A DNA stretch of 60,000 bases from Lama glama (lineage: Eukaryota), in contig CM052818.1 in assembly GCA_028534125.1 (NCBI GenBank), positions 39,434,001 through 39,494,000 of the forward strand, given 5' to 3'. The notes under the pieces are model-generated. The model had not been told where the DNA came from. It did not search any database and was given only the letters and a program-made list of their open reading frames with translations. Within the stretch, counting starts at the first letter, position 1. Each line of letters begins with the position of its first letter. The position numbers and the translations under genes were made by a program. Below, in pieces: positions 11,940 through 24,619 of the stretch.

Positions 11940-12140
11940 TGTTAATGCATATTTTGTCTTAGCAAAATTGTGGCTATTTCAAGGCAAAAACAGTGTCTAA
12001 TGGGATACAGAGGTGAGAGACTTGATCTCTGCCCTGCAGTTGTTCATGGTCTTGTGGGGACAAAGAGATGTGTGAAAAAACCAAGACGACAGTAGCGTGC
12101 ACACTGTGGGGTCACTGTGAAGAAATAGCATGGATACAGC
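11940..12140 (-). mobile_element. L2 fragment
   Basis: tgggatacagaggtgagagacttgatctctgccctgcagttgttcatggtcttgtgggga is the antisense L2 3' end pattern. Confidence 0.6.
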
Positions 12141-13199
12141 TGATGTGGGAAATGCCCAGTTCCAGCCCCAGTTCTAGCATTAAGGACACTGAGTCTCATC
12201 CTTCAGCATTTACACATTCTAGCAACCCGTGCCCTTTGAGGAAGGGGCTGGAGGAAAAGCACACCCAGGGCCTTAGGAAGCAGACAGCCCTGAATACAGT
12301 GTAACTGCTGCTGGCAGAGGTGCTTTGGGATTCATCATGGCGGTGGTGAGTGCTCAGTGCCCAGAGTGAGCATTGGAAAGTGTAGTCAGAGCCACAGGCT
12401 CCCTGACACTGTAGCCCAGAGTAGGGTGCCCTGTGAAACCCCAGTCACTGGATCTGTCCCATGACGGGGAGAGAGAGGGAGGAGCAGGCTTCAGAGGTCT
12501 GGGTCCTGGAGGGGGTGGTCTTCATGCATAGAGCTCCAGTATGCAAGGCCTTTTGGAAAGGGCACATATTGTCCTGAACTTTGTCCCTGAGCGGTGGTTT
12601 GGGCAACTGAGACACCCCAGAATCCCCCAAGTTCAGTGCCCGTAGGTAAACAGAGCTCTAACTGATGGGAACGCCACGCAAAGTGGCTGCCACGCGGGTC
12701 CCGCTAGAGCTCAGGGCAGTGGCAGGAATTCTTTGTGCGGCCCCTCCCTCTGTCTCCATAGAAATAGTCTTGGATGCCTTCAGGCATCACATGTCTCTTT
12801 AACATAAGGTTTCAATCTCCTCTCAGAAACTGGAATATAGGTCTGTGATCTCCTGAATTCTCCCATAACTAAGTGCCACCTGTCATTCACTTCGGTGTCC
12901 CCACTTCTGCTCTTTGAAATAGTCTTGAGTCTTGGGTGCTTGTAAGACCTTAAGGTGTATTCACAGCAGCTTGTACCTAGATAGCCTTGTTGCAGCAATG
13001 ACTCCTCACTGGCTTCACCTCGGCTTTTGGCAGCCCCCTTGCTGAGTGCATCTTCTGAACATGTATGCGCAGAGAAGGCGGGTACCATCCAGGTATCCTA
13101 TCCATCAGGAAGTTCAGAATTGGTTATCAGCAATATCCCAGAGTGTGTAGCTTCCAGACAAGCTAGAGCAAGGAGTAGAAGGAAATGCATTAAACAAAT

Positions 13200-13720
13200 G
13201 TAGGAATTGTTATTAGTTTCATTTTGTAAATGAGGTAACGGAAGTTTAAAGAAGTTGTATTGGACTGAACCGCCCCCGCCCCAAATTTGTATGTTGAAGC
13301 CCTAACCCCGACTTGATGGGATTCCGAGATGGGGCCTTTGGGAGCTGATTAGGTCTTGAGGGCAGGGCCCATGTCTGATGTGCTTAGTGCGCCTAAGGAA
13401 GAAACAGCCGACAGTTTGAGTTTTCTCTGTGTGCGTGCCCCCAGGAAAGGCCCCATGAGCACACGGGGAGAAGGTGGCCATGTGCACGCCAGCAAGCGAG
13501 CTCTCACTGGAACCTGACCATGCTGGCACCTCGATCTCAGACTTCCAGCCTCCAGAACTGTGAGAAAATACACTTCTGTTGTTGATGCCACCCAGTTTAT
13601 GGTATTTTGTTACAGCAGCCCACATTGACTAAGACATAAGTAGTCTCCAAGATTGCAAGTCTAGGAAGAGACCAAGCTTGGAATACAAACCCATTTCTAT
13701 CTAAGTCTAGTGCATTTTCC
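13200..13720 (-). mobile_element. MIR split by the MLT1A insertion
   Basis: cattttgtaaatgaggtaacggaagtttaaagaagt lies left of the LTR; taagtagtctccaag..ttggaatacaaaccca lies right of it. Confidence 0.6.
13256..13636 (+). mobile_element. Full-length MaLR solo LTR (MLT1A-like)
   Basis: TG...CA ends (tgtattggactgaa..gactaagaca), diagnostic gacttccagcctccagaactgtgagaaaata, and a 5-bp TSD gaagt/taagt. Confidence 0.93.
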
Positions 13721-14742
13721 TGATGTGCTGAGTTTCTGATGTGTGTTCATTTAACTTGCCTTCTCAAATCTGTATTGAGCATTGACTGCATGGAAGGACC
13801 CACATTCTCTCCTGCTTTCTCCTCCTTTTCTCTCTTTCTTTTTGTAGCTCTTGTCCTTTGTCTTTCCGACATCCCTTTCTACCAAGACCATTGCAATAGT
13901 TATTATGACTGCTATAAATTAAATTCCCATGAAAATCCCTTAACAGCACACACTAGAGGCATTGCATTATTATGAACATCCATTGTCTTTTGCACATTGC
14001 TGGTGAGGTGGTTTGAGAGTGGCTACAGAAGAAAAAAGTGGTTGCTTATACATTCCAGGAGGAGTTGAGGGCTTTGGGGCATATGAATAAGTTCCCTTCC
14101 CCCAACCACCTCAGGGCAGTGTTAAAATGATCATAACCTTAGTGATACCAGTATCTTTATCAAGCACAGGCAGCATTTTCCATTTATTTATTTTGATTCT
14201 TTTGAGAGTTTGTGAGGCAGGTGTGTTTATCTGCAATGCTCTGAATATCCCTCCATCACCCTTGGGTTACTTTGTGTACCCATGGAGCCGGCAGTGTTTT
14301 CCAGATCCTCAGAGATCCACATCCTAGAGGCGGTAAGATGGTTTGATGGAGGTTTTTGGTTTAGCTGAATTGTTCCAGCTTCACTGGGGCCAGTTAAAAC
14401 TTGAAAGGAGCTGGTCAGTTTGGAAGGATTAAGGGATTATATATGATTAAAAAAAGGTTCTGAAACCAGAAGCCCCCAAGTGACGCTGTCTGAGAAACGG
14501 GAGCCAATGACCGGTTTCTCTTCATTTTTCAAACTGAGATGAAGACAAGCCTTATATTGGCTTTTAATCTGATACCAGAGTGGCCTCCCACACCAATCAA
14601 GGCTTCCCCTGCTTGTGACCTGGGAGGGCTTCTGACTGGAGAGGCAATTCTGAGAGGTGCTGAGGGATTTGGTCAAACATATGGGGATGTAGCATCAGCC
14701 CCTTTCTTGAGAGGTGGTTCTGGCTTTGCCCTTGTCCTCGAA

Positions 14743-14782
14743 TGTGTGTGAGAGTGTGTGAGTGTGTGTGTGTGTGAGTGTG
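14743..14782. repeat. (TG/TGAG)n microsatellite
   Basis: Seen directly. Confidence 0.85.
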
Positions 14783-15799
14783 ACAGGGTGCTACCTTATG
14801 TACATACCTATGAGGGCATCCTTTTAATCCGGAGTGGAATTGCCTTTCTTGAATAGTGAAAACGATACATGATGATAAAAGGGGCGATCTTGAGGCTGTT
14901 TTTCCCAGCAGAAATTCACTTCCAAGACTTTTCGGCATCTGTCTGCCCCACCTAGCCTTGTGTGTGACCCCGGGGCCTGCTTGTTTTGCAGTGTTCAGGC
15001 CTCTCCAGGTCTCTGGGAATTACTCAGGATCCACGCTCTCCGTCAGCTCTGGAGTGGGGCCAGTCTCATGCCTGCCTTTCTGCTGTCTTCATTAATACTG
15101 GGCTCGCGTCCCAGCATTCCTGAGAAATTGATAGAGACAGAACATCAGTTGTAGTTTAGCTCTACAACAGGGAAACTCACGGTGACAGGCTGGGGGATTT
15201 TTTGCCAGAGAAGTCGATGGGCCCTTTCCTGGAGCAGCCCCATGTTGAGACGCTCTGGGCCTTCGTGAGGTCACAGAGTGGGACACAGGACAAGAGCAAC
15301 AAGCCGCTAATCTGCTAATTGCAGCCTGGCTAAGTGATGTTACCTTTGCGTTTGGCTTTTCTGGACTTGATGAATGGCTGTGTGTGTGGAAGAGAACAAA
15401 CAGGCGTCTCCTCTCAGGCCGGGGGAAAGCTGCCAGTGTGTGATTTCGAGCTCATGAGACCCAGGTTGGGGAGATGTGGTTGGACCCGGAACTTCCTGCT
15501 GAGGGAGGCTGTAGGATTGGAGCCGGGGAGGGTCGCCCAGGCAGGTTGGAACTGGGTTGGCCCACTCAACGGCCACCAGACCCGTCCGTTGGTTTGTCAC
15601 AATGTTTGAGAAAAATATGCAGCTGCTTTTTTTTTGTTCAGGTCTCTCTGGGTGCCCTTCCATCAGGGGGCTTCCGAGGGCTGGGTGCAGTTCCCAGATG
15701 GGAACCCATGTGCCTTTGTACATCGGGCAGGGGAGAGTCAGGTGCATCTCTCCCAGACACGCCTGTTCTCTCTCTCATGTTCTCCATCTCGGATACCTC

Positions 15800-16490
15800 C
15801 TGCCCCCAGCTTCCCAGTTCAGAGAACTTGGAGTGATCCAGTACTCCCTCCTCCCACTCCACCTCAGGGGATGGCAGCTCCCTTTCTCGGGAAGTTATGT
15901 CCATCTCTTCTTTCGCACTGGACCCTCCCTGGTCCAGGCCGCCATCAGCTTTCCCATGTGGACCACAGTGCTAACCTCCCTCTCGTCTCTACTTCTAGTC
16001 TTGCCTCTTAATCATAGACTTTTCATCGTTTGGCTGTGGCTCTTCTTTCTAAAGTGTGAATCTGACTGTGTCACTTTGCTGTCTGAAGCCTTTGGTGGTT
16101 CCCCATTGCCTCCTGGAACAAGTCCTAACCTCTTGGCCTGACCGATAGGGTGCAGCTGGGCTGGGCTCTTTCCTGGCTTTCTCCATCATCGTGTTCCCCG
16201 CCCCCACCCACCCTGTCCCTTCCCAGCCACTGTGAACCTCTCGTGGTGCCCTGAATGTGTCAAGCTCTCTCCAGCAGCTTCTAGGATGTTGTTTGTGCTT
16301 CTCCTCTGCCTCTGCCCCCTTGCCCTCTTCTCTTGGCTAATTCTGCTCGTTTTCCTGGTCTCAGCTTACAGGTCACTTCCCCTGAGATAGCTTTTCTGAC
16401 TCCCTTAGTTTAGGCCTGTCCTTCTCTGCGCCCTCATAGCATTCGATATGTTCCCACACCGCAGTCTGCTCACAGACAATAGTAAATGCC
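15800..16490 (+). mobile_element. L2 3' region
   Basis: ccctggtccaggccgccatcagct..aaagtgtgaatctgactgtgtcact..tggttccccattgcc..tctcagcttacaggtcacttccc. Confidence 0.8.
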
Positions 16491-18649
16491 CAGCTATGCA
16501 AGGGAAGATACTTTTTCTTCATAAATGGTACAGAATTTCTCTTGAGGAAGGGATTGAATTTGTATAGGAAAATATCTTGACAAACCACTTGGTTTAGAGG
16601 GTGGACTCTGGGAACCTGAATTAGCAGGAGGTCAAGGAGACCAAGGCATTGACTAAATTGTTGTGTATAAGAACTAGCTGAGAATAGTGGTGTCTGTGAG
16701 AACAGACTGGGGGAGTCAGATGGCGAGAGGACGGCTGACCAGCATGGTGGACTGGCCAAAGAATTTCAGGACCAGAATAACTCGTGTTCAATGAAAGTTA
16801 TAGGCATTTTTGAGATATAAACCTCCTTCACCTCCCCAAACCTGTAAAATTTACCCCACACACTAACTACTTGTGTGGGTGTGTGGTATAAATCCAAAAA
16901 GGGAGATGGGTTCTTGTCTGGGTCTCTTCCATGGTGGAAATAAATTAACATCCATAACACACAGAGGAAAGAACGAGAATTCAGAGGAGGAAGGACATCT
17001 CAGATGGACGAACGAACATGAGGGTACTGGCTCTCCTTAGAACACACAAAAACTCCAGAGAAGCCACTGAGCTTTCCAAAATGTGTGGCTCTGCTGGGCG
17101 TGTACCAACTTTACTTCGATTTTCAAGGGAGGAGACCCCATCAACACCTGGGTTCCAATTCCTTGTCTGTTTCCTCACTGGGATTAACCTACGAAGGAGT
17201 CAGGTGTCCGTAACTCTGTTCCCACACTGAATTGAGAAAACGGCGGTGGAACAAAAAAAGGAAGGAAATATAATGAAAAATAAAAAGTAGTGGGTCTAAT
17301 TTGCAGGAGGTGTTTAAGCTTTCAGGAATATCCTGAACAAAACTGAGGACTCTGATCAAAGGGTCCACACAGGAGATTGGAATGAGGAGGCTCCCAGGTC
17401 CCCCTGCCGGCCTGGCTCCCTCTTTGTGCAGGAATTGTAGTTGATCCTCTCTCCAAGTGCATCTCACCTGCAAACGTGACAGGTCTTAACGGGCACCAGG
17501 ATGGTGGTACAGAGAGGAAGGCCTTGGGGCCAGGAGGAAGGCAGGTTGGGACTAGATGGCTGGAAACCCACACTGACTCATTTCTCCGCATGGTCCCTGC
17601 TCTTGGGGTATCCGCCATCCCTCTGGGAAGCAGGGCATGGATGTGTGACGGGAGAAGGAGCCGCCCAGGTTAGGGTGACACAGTGAGTGGCGCTTCTAGA
17701 GCTTGGACAAGGGGGTGATTCTTTCTGATCTCCTCTGAGCTGCTTGTGGCGCCTCCTGGAGCTGGATGCCAGAGCCGGGACCTGGCATCCACCTACCCTT
17801 GAGTTGTCTACTCCCCATGAAGGGTTAGTCTTGGCTTTAGATCTGCTGCTCTTTTATTTTTCCTAATTATTCATATTTTGCCCACATTTTAAACCTTCCT
17901 TCAAATAATATAACCACCCCCCCATATTAGGTTTTATAATTATTATGTGTTGGAGATATAGATAAATCTGCTTTTGCCTTTCTATGTGTGAAACTGATGG
18001 GTTTTTTGTCACCTTCCCTCGAGATTCAGTACATGCTTTGTAGTGGTCTTAATGAATCACCTTTCACCATCTACAGAGGTTATTTTTTCCCCTATTTTAA
18101 AAAAGGATCTGCCAGTGGAACAACCTACATGAACTGAAATGTTCCTGCCAAGTGCACTTGCCCCAAGAACAACCTCATAGTTGATAGACTTTAATCAGAC
18201 CCCTATTCTCTGCTCTCTGGCAATCTTCCTTCAGTTGCTCCTCCTAACCCTGATCTCTGGGGGTTTCACCCCCTCATAAGGCTAGCGGGGAAGTAGTTCT
18301 TTGGAAAGCTGGGCAGGGAACAGCTTTGGTGAAGAGTGTTTGTCTTTTCCTCTCCAAGAAAGGTCATAGGAAAGCCTTTGCTAAGAATAAGCTTTTTGGA
18401 AGGATGCTTGACATGCTCTGGCCTTGGCCTTCAGTGGGGGTTGCACCCTCCGGGGGAGCCAGAGTGTCGGCAGCAGCAGGAGCAGCAGCCTCAGCCGTGG
18501 GGGGCCCAACGCCACACCTCCTACCCCTCTTCCCCCATTAAGGGATGCCCGTCTTCCCTTGGGCTTGGGTGCGGGTTTTCCCCTTTTAGGGATAGATCTG
18601 GCTCCGCAAAGACTTCCTATGTCCTCCCTTGCTGTCTGATCTCCCTCCT

Positions 18650-19560
18650 TCCCACATAGTTCTCCTATGTTGGCATCTGACCTGTTTCTAGGTCATTCTG
18701 CGCTTCTCATGGTTCCTAGCTGCCTTGCTTGGACATGCTGTTCCCTTGGCTTGAAATGTTCTTTTCTCCCTTTCCCCCTGGCAGACCCCGCCTCTCCTTT
18801 TAAGACTCAGTTCAGTTAGCAGCTTTTGGGAGCATCTTCCTTGGCCCCCAGGTTGAGTTAGATGCCTCCTCTGAGCTTCCATCATGTCCTGTACATACCT
18901 CTGTCCTGGCTCTGGTTGTGTTCTGTTGAAATGGAATTTGTACTTGCTTGTCTGCTTTACTAGGCCCTTGAGTATAGGGGTGGCGTCTGAGTCATTGCTG
19001 AAATCTAACACTCAGCACAGTACTGAGCAGAGTGGATACTTAGTGAGTTTTTTTTTGAGTATTAGAGAGGGTTGGGGACTGATTTATGGATTTGAGGGAC
19101 AGCTGTAGCGAACGGGGGGGGATCTCAATGTTATACTCTGCTTCACTGCTTGCAGACCCTCTTCAGGTCAGCTGGAGACGCTGCTCTCCGCGCATTGCTC
19201 CTCCCCAGTTAATAGACTTCTCTAGCTTGGCTAATCTACCCATTTCCCCCCAAACATGCCCTCTACTTTTCATCTCCCTCCTCTTTGTTCGTGCCATCTT
19301 CCCTGCTTGCAAAGCCCATTTCTGCCCTTGTCTTCTGTATGGTCCCTTCATCTATCATTTTCAAAGTCCTTACTCCAGTCACTCTTTCTAGGAACTCTAT
19401 ACTTCTGCCCACATGTCTCTTTCTCTTCTGAATTTTGATGATCCTAACTCTGACCTTCTGTGCTGATCCTCAGCATTTCCAGTTTGTCATTGACAAATGT
19501 CCCCCTTTGGGTCCTGAAGCCCTGGGTGAATGGCAAGTGAATTACTAGTCTAAGACCCAA
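18650..19560 (+). mobile_element. L2 fragments
   Basis: catgctgttcccttggcttgaaatgttctt..taagactcagttcag..ggcccttgagtatagggg.. 3' tail; a further upstream-type piece lies at ~19350-19560. Confidence 0.65.
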
Positions 19561-20479
19561 GTGTGTCTCCCTGACTCCTCTGCCTGGTTCCTAGGGGATA
19601 TTTGGAGTCTTCTCTTACTTGGCTTGGGTGTTGTGGGAGGCTGATCAGGGAAAGTTGGGCTCAGAGCTTCATAGAGGAAAGGGATGGGGTCTCCTGGAAG
19701 TGAAGTAGTTGGGCCTTGGTATGGAGTGACTTCCATCCAATGCCATCCACTCCACCTGGAATGTCACCATCAGTGAATCTTTTCTCATAGAGCACCTTTT
19801 AGACCAGGAGGAGCAGCCTAGAATGGAAGCTCACGTTTCTGCTTTGGGGCTTGTCCATGGCTAGGACAGACTGTGATATGCTGATGTGTCACAAGTTAGG
19901 AGCTGCGAGGAGAGGAGAGGGCACCCTCCCCTGACTTCTCCACTTCTGTGTGAGCTGGTCCAGCTGCAGCTGGCTGGCAGAGAAGACTCAGAGGGGACCA
20001 GGCTTCCCTCCACCTCTGCTGATGAAACTGGGACCATACTTCCCAACCTGGAGAGGCCACTGCAAATGAAGTGCTTATTTGAACGTTCCCCTAGAGCTGT
20101 CCTTATGGGACCAAGATGCAGAAAATAGTTTAATGAGGACGCCCACCTGCAGTGCACCTGTGCCAGTTCTGTAGCCAAAGGCACTAACCTGACTGCTCAG
20201 AGAGGAAGAAGCCGTTAAGCCTCTTTTGGGAAACGTCAGTCCTGCAGGGCAGATGGAAGCACCACACTGAAGCAGGAGGCAGATGGTGAAGGCGTTCTTA
20301 GGACTCCACCCCAGCAGCCCACCAGTTAGCCTGCTCCCATGACAGTGTCCGTGGAGCTTAGTGGCTGCTCCTCAGCAAACCAGGGCAGCAGGGAACCACG
20401 GGAGGTGGTGAGGAGACACTCAGAGTGTGCAGAGTGGGGAGTGCTGGATAGAAAACTCAGATGCTGGGTGGAGAGTATA

Positions 20480-20770
20480 GCACAACAGCTTCTTTAGAAA
20501 TATATGTAAAATCATAGTCCATTGCATCCTGTGTGTGTATATATATGTGTGTATATATGTATGTATATATATATGTGTGTATATATATGTATATATCAGT
20601 GCCTATAAACTGAAACAAAAGCATCATGGGACAATGCTTACCCCTACTATGTAGGATGCACTTGGAACATTTCACTCTATTCTTTCATTTTAAAATGCTT
20701 CTTGTGACCTACAATATTTATTTTGTAAGCCCGCTAGTGATTTGCTTGAACACAGTTTGAAAAATGCGGG
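20480..20770. mobile_element. hAT-Charlie family non-autonomous DNA transposon remnant containing a (TA/TG)n microsatellite (20530-20597)
   Basis: tgaaacaaaag..acaatgcttacccctactatgt..cagtttgaaaaatgc resembles a Charlie-type terminus. Confidence 0.6.
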
Positions 20771-20839
20771 TCAGGCACTTGTGGGCATGGAGAAGCTGGA
20801 ATGGAGAGCAGGCAAGGCCGTGCTGCCAGTAGTGATGGC

Positions 20840-21005
20840 ACAGTTTCGCCCTCTCATCTGCCCAGTGGGAAAACAGTCGGATCCTCCTTGTTGGTTTGCT
20901 GTAAAATTTAAATGAGATAATCTGTGTAAAGTGCTTAGTACACGGCTTGACATACATAAGAATCAACAATCATTATAGACGATGATGATGGTGATGATGA
21001 CGATA
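20840..21005 (+). mobile_element. MIR 3' part
   Basis: tttaaatgagataatctgtgtaaagtgcttagtacacggcttgacatacataag followed by a (GAT)n tail. Confidence 0.75.
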
Positions 21006-22008
21006 TTGATTTCTGTCTTAGACTGTAAGTGCACACTGCCATCCTCTGTGGCTCCATCCTCCTTTTTCACAGTCATCACCATTAGTGTGAGACCGTAAGC
21101 CACTTTTACACCTGTTTGAAAGCCTTGGCTCCTCAAAGCAGTGAGGTGCACTTTGAAAAGTGGCAGGTGAGGAATCAGAGCTTTGCAAGGAGGCCAAGGT
21201 TAAGACCCCGATATCATCTGATGTATTTGCAGCATGGAAGGATTCTCTTGCACTTCCCATGATAGACACATGGAGGGAGACAAGAGATAGCAACACAGAG
21301 AGGCAGTAAAGACTTTAGACAGAAATAGCTTAGACTTGGAAGAGGCCACCTGGAAAGTTAGTGGGGGCTGAAAGTCCGAGCAGGTGGTAGCCACCGGATT
21401 GCTGTGTGTTTGGGGCTATTTTCATGCATATTCTTGCCTCTTTTTGTGCCATGGGGCGCTCTGGGTTGCTTCTCCACCCTGGACCTGCCGCCCTCAGCTC
21501 TGACATCCTGCAGCTCTAACGGGAGGGGAGGAGAGAACCAGGGAGCTGTGCACCGTGGGAGTGCCTGGCCCTGAGCTGCGGGCTGGAAGTGGAGGGGCCC
21601 AGGCCTGCTGCCTGGAAAGGGACCTCTCAGGCCTGCAGGGGAGAAGCTGGTCACCTGGCTTGGGGCTGAGCATCCACACCCACTCTGGACACAGCCAAGA
21701 GAAACCCTCCTTGGAGCCCTTTGGTTTGCATATTCAGTCCCATGTTGTGGATTTGGCGTGTTGTCAAGACAACTGGCTCCTTCGCCCTGTCCCCTTTCCT
21801 GTTCCATCTTGCACAGATGCTTCTGGTTTCCCTTTTTTCCCGAAAGTGAGCCCAGGATGTTGATGTTGGAGCAGAGCAATGCCAGATGAGCCTGGGAGAA
21901 GGGGGCAGGGCAGGGAGAAGTCTGGGCCTCTGGGTGGACTAAACCTTTAGACCTGGCCCAGTAAGCTGCTGGGAGTGAGCCCTCAGGGTACCCAGCTCAG
22001 TATTGGTA

Positions 22009-22380
22009 CAGACTTCCTCGACTTATGATGAGGTTACGTCCCAGTAAACCCATCATCAGTTGAAAGTATCATAAGTTGAAGATGCATTTAATACACCTAA
22101 CCCACCGAACATCATACCTTAGCCTAGCCTACCTTAAATGTGCTCAGAACACGTACATTCTCCTACAGCTGGGCAAAATCACCTAACACAAAGCTGATTT
22201 TAAAATGAAGTGTTGAATAGCTCATCCAAGTTATTTACTGAATACTGTGCTGAGAGTGAGAAACAGAATGGTTGTCTGGGTACAGAAGGGTTATAAGTGG
22301 ATTGGTTTGTTTACCCTCTTGATCACATGGCTGCCTGGAAAAATCATTAAGTCGAAACGTTGTAAGTTGAGGACCACCTA
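22009..22380 (+). mobile_element. Tigger4 (Zombi)-type TcMar DNA transposon
   Basis: ta|cagacttcctcgacttatgatgaggttacgtccc..catttaatacacctaacc..gtaagttgaggaccacct: degenerate terminal inverted repeats, a left TA target site and a diagnostic internal sequence. Confidence 0.9.
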
Positions 22381-23461
22381 AACAAATGTTTCCAGCGATT
22401 CTGAGAGGGCAGTCCAGGCATGGGTGGTGGTCCCATGGTTCTCCTGCTCCCTGTGATTGGATGCCCCTGCTTCTCCATCCCTCAGGGCATTACAGTGACA
22501 GCCTGGGAGACCCGGCTGAGGCCGGGCAGTGCCCGTGCGGCTGGCTGGACAGTGCTTCGTGTGCACGTCACCAGTGGCCAGGTGACCTGCGGGCACTTGC
22601 TGGTGCCACGAATAATACAGTGTAATGTGGAAGTCCAGGGAGTTTTTCTTTTGTGAGGTTTAACTCCTTCCCCGAGATCTGCTTCTTTTACACTCTGAAA
22701 ATAACCTCCTAGAGCAGTTGCTAGATTTGAGTTGCGCACTCACGGCTCGAGCACAGTGCCCTGCTCTGCAGACGAGCGGGCAGTGAAAGTCGGCCCTGGG
22801 TCTTCTCATTCTGTCTCCCTGTCTCTCTCCAAAGACCCCTGCCGTGTCTTACTGGAAAGAGCCAATGAACAGCTTCTCCTTTGTAAAGCATCTCCCTGTC
22901 TTCCTGCCCATGCTATGCCCAGTGTCGGGAGACCCAGTAGTGCCTTGAGGAAAGGCCTTGGGGAAGGGGGCTTCTCCAGCTTGGGGACTCAAGGGACACT
23001 TGTTGGAAGAGGTAACTTGGAGCCTGTCCTTGAGGTGGGGGCGTCACCAGGGTGGAAAGGACAGGGGTATGCTGGGGCTGAGCCTGGCCCGGTGGGCGGG
23101 AAGGCTGAGAGCCCCAGGTGGATGAAAGCTGTCCTAAGTCTTTGCCTCTGGGGGCTGAGCGAGGCTCAGAGCGGGCTCTTCCGGCCCCGCTTGATGTGGG
23201 TGGGCCGTGAGGAGCTGGGGCGTGGGGTCTCTGGGCACAGGAAGGACACAGTCAGCTCGTGGGTCTGGCTGGGGATTGGGCCAGGGACAGTGTCCACTGG
23301 AGGGCACTGCAGCACTGCCGTGGGCCACCTCGGCAGCCCCTCTGCCCTGGGAGTGGAGCTTGTCCACTGCCCGGAATTCATGGCAGCTCTAGAGGGAGAC
23401 AGCTCGGTGGGCTTGGGGGCTAGCACCCCGGGCCTGAGCATCCTGCAGTGCGCTCTCTCTT

Positions 23462-23712
23462 TCACAGACACACAGACACACACACACACATGCACACACC
23501 CCAATCTTCATTCACATGGATACACATAGACCCACATGTTCATCGTCACTCACACTCACAATGAGCAAACTACACATCCATATACACGTTCCTTACCACA
23601 CACAGATACACGCCTAGTCACGCCCTCTCCCCCATGCTGACCCCCAGTCACGTGGACCCTCCCACATTTCACAAACCCAGTCAGGCACACACACACGCAC
23701 ACACACACACAC
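23462..23712. repeat. Degenerate (CA)-rich low-complexity tract
   Basis: Interrupted CA runs seen directly. Confidence 0.85.
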
Positions 23713-24325
23713 TCCCCCCACTGCCAGTGTCAGCCATGTGCCTCACACATGCAGGCGGGCCCGGAGCAGCTGTTTGTGTGGTGAGGCTGATGTAATGTCA
23801 AGAAATTTCGTGTTATATTTAAAATGACACCTGTAAAAATAATCTTCAATTTGTAATTTAAATACTGTAATACTCAGTTACGTGGACTGACAGGAAGTGT
23901 CCCAGTGGCTTTGGAGAACAACATTCTTGTGCCCCCCTCCCATGTCCTGGGGACAAGGTGGGGACGAGCCAGGGCCTCCCCCCTGAGCCGCCTGCCAGGT
24001 CGCCTAGCCCGTGCCTGGTGGCTTCCACACACCAAGTGGGTTCCTGCCGCTGCCTGCGCTTGCTGTCCCCACGTCATTCTGTCTCCTATCGCCGGCTGCT
24101 TCCAGCAAGAGCGCCTCCTATGGGTTTACCCAGGCTGGCAAACCAAAGACACAGTTTCCACCCTTGGGGAAGGAGGGAGGCTCTTCCAACACTGTGGATA
24201 GTCCCTGGACAGCCTTTGTCCATGGTCCCCGCACACAATTCCACAATCCCATAACCCTGTTCCCTCCACCCTGTAGCCTCAGGCCCCCAGCACAAACCTA
24301 TATTAAATTAATATTTTTTAATTAA

Positions 24326-24560
24326 AAACTTTTATTGAGATATAATTGACATTTAACATTATATTAGTTTTAGGTGCACAACACAAGGATTCCATGTTTG
24401 TACGTATTGCAAAATGATCGCCACAATGTCTGGTTAACATCCGTCACTTTGTATAGTTACAAATTTTTTTTTCTTGTGATGGGGACTTTTAAAATCTACC
24501 TTCTTAGCACTTTCAAACGTGTAATACAGTATTATTAACTATAGTCACCATACTGTGCAT
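24326..24560 (-). mobile_element. 5'-truncated L1 3' end (L1MA-like)
   Basis: ttttattgagatataattgacat..aatacagtattattaactatagtcaccat; flanked by similar AT-rich direct repeats (attaaattaatattttttaattaa / attaaatttaatttattttaattaa). Confidence 0.88.
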
Positions 24561-24619
24561 TAAATTTAATTTATTTTAATTAATGTAAAGTCATGTGTGG
24601 TGAGTGGCTACCACATTGG

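Noticed and set aside
14540..14550. CArG box (ccttatattgg)
   Set aside because: Seven A/T bases between CC and GG rather than six.
16760..17400. Possible processed pseudogene or retroviral remnant in A-rich unique sequence
   Set aside because: None of the translations examined resembles a protein I recognise; no poly-A/TSD or LTR ends.
17763..17791. Perfect 10-bp hairpin tggatgccag/ctggcatcca
   Set aside because: About one such stem is expected by chance in 60 kb; no other support.
20342..20360. REST/RE1-like site (acagtgtccgtggagctta)
   Set aside because: Mismatches at several core positions of both half-sites.
22732..23529. Longest ORF (265 aa)
   Set aside because: Non-ATG start, no recognisable domain, overlaps L2-like and CA-repeat sequence; expected by chance in GC-rich DNA.
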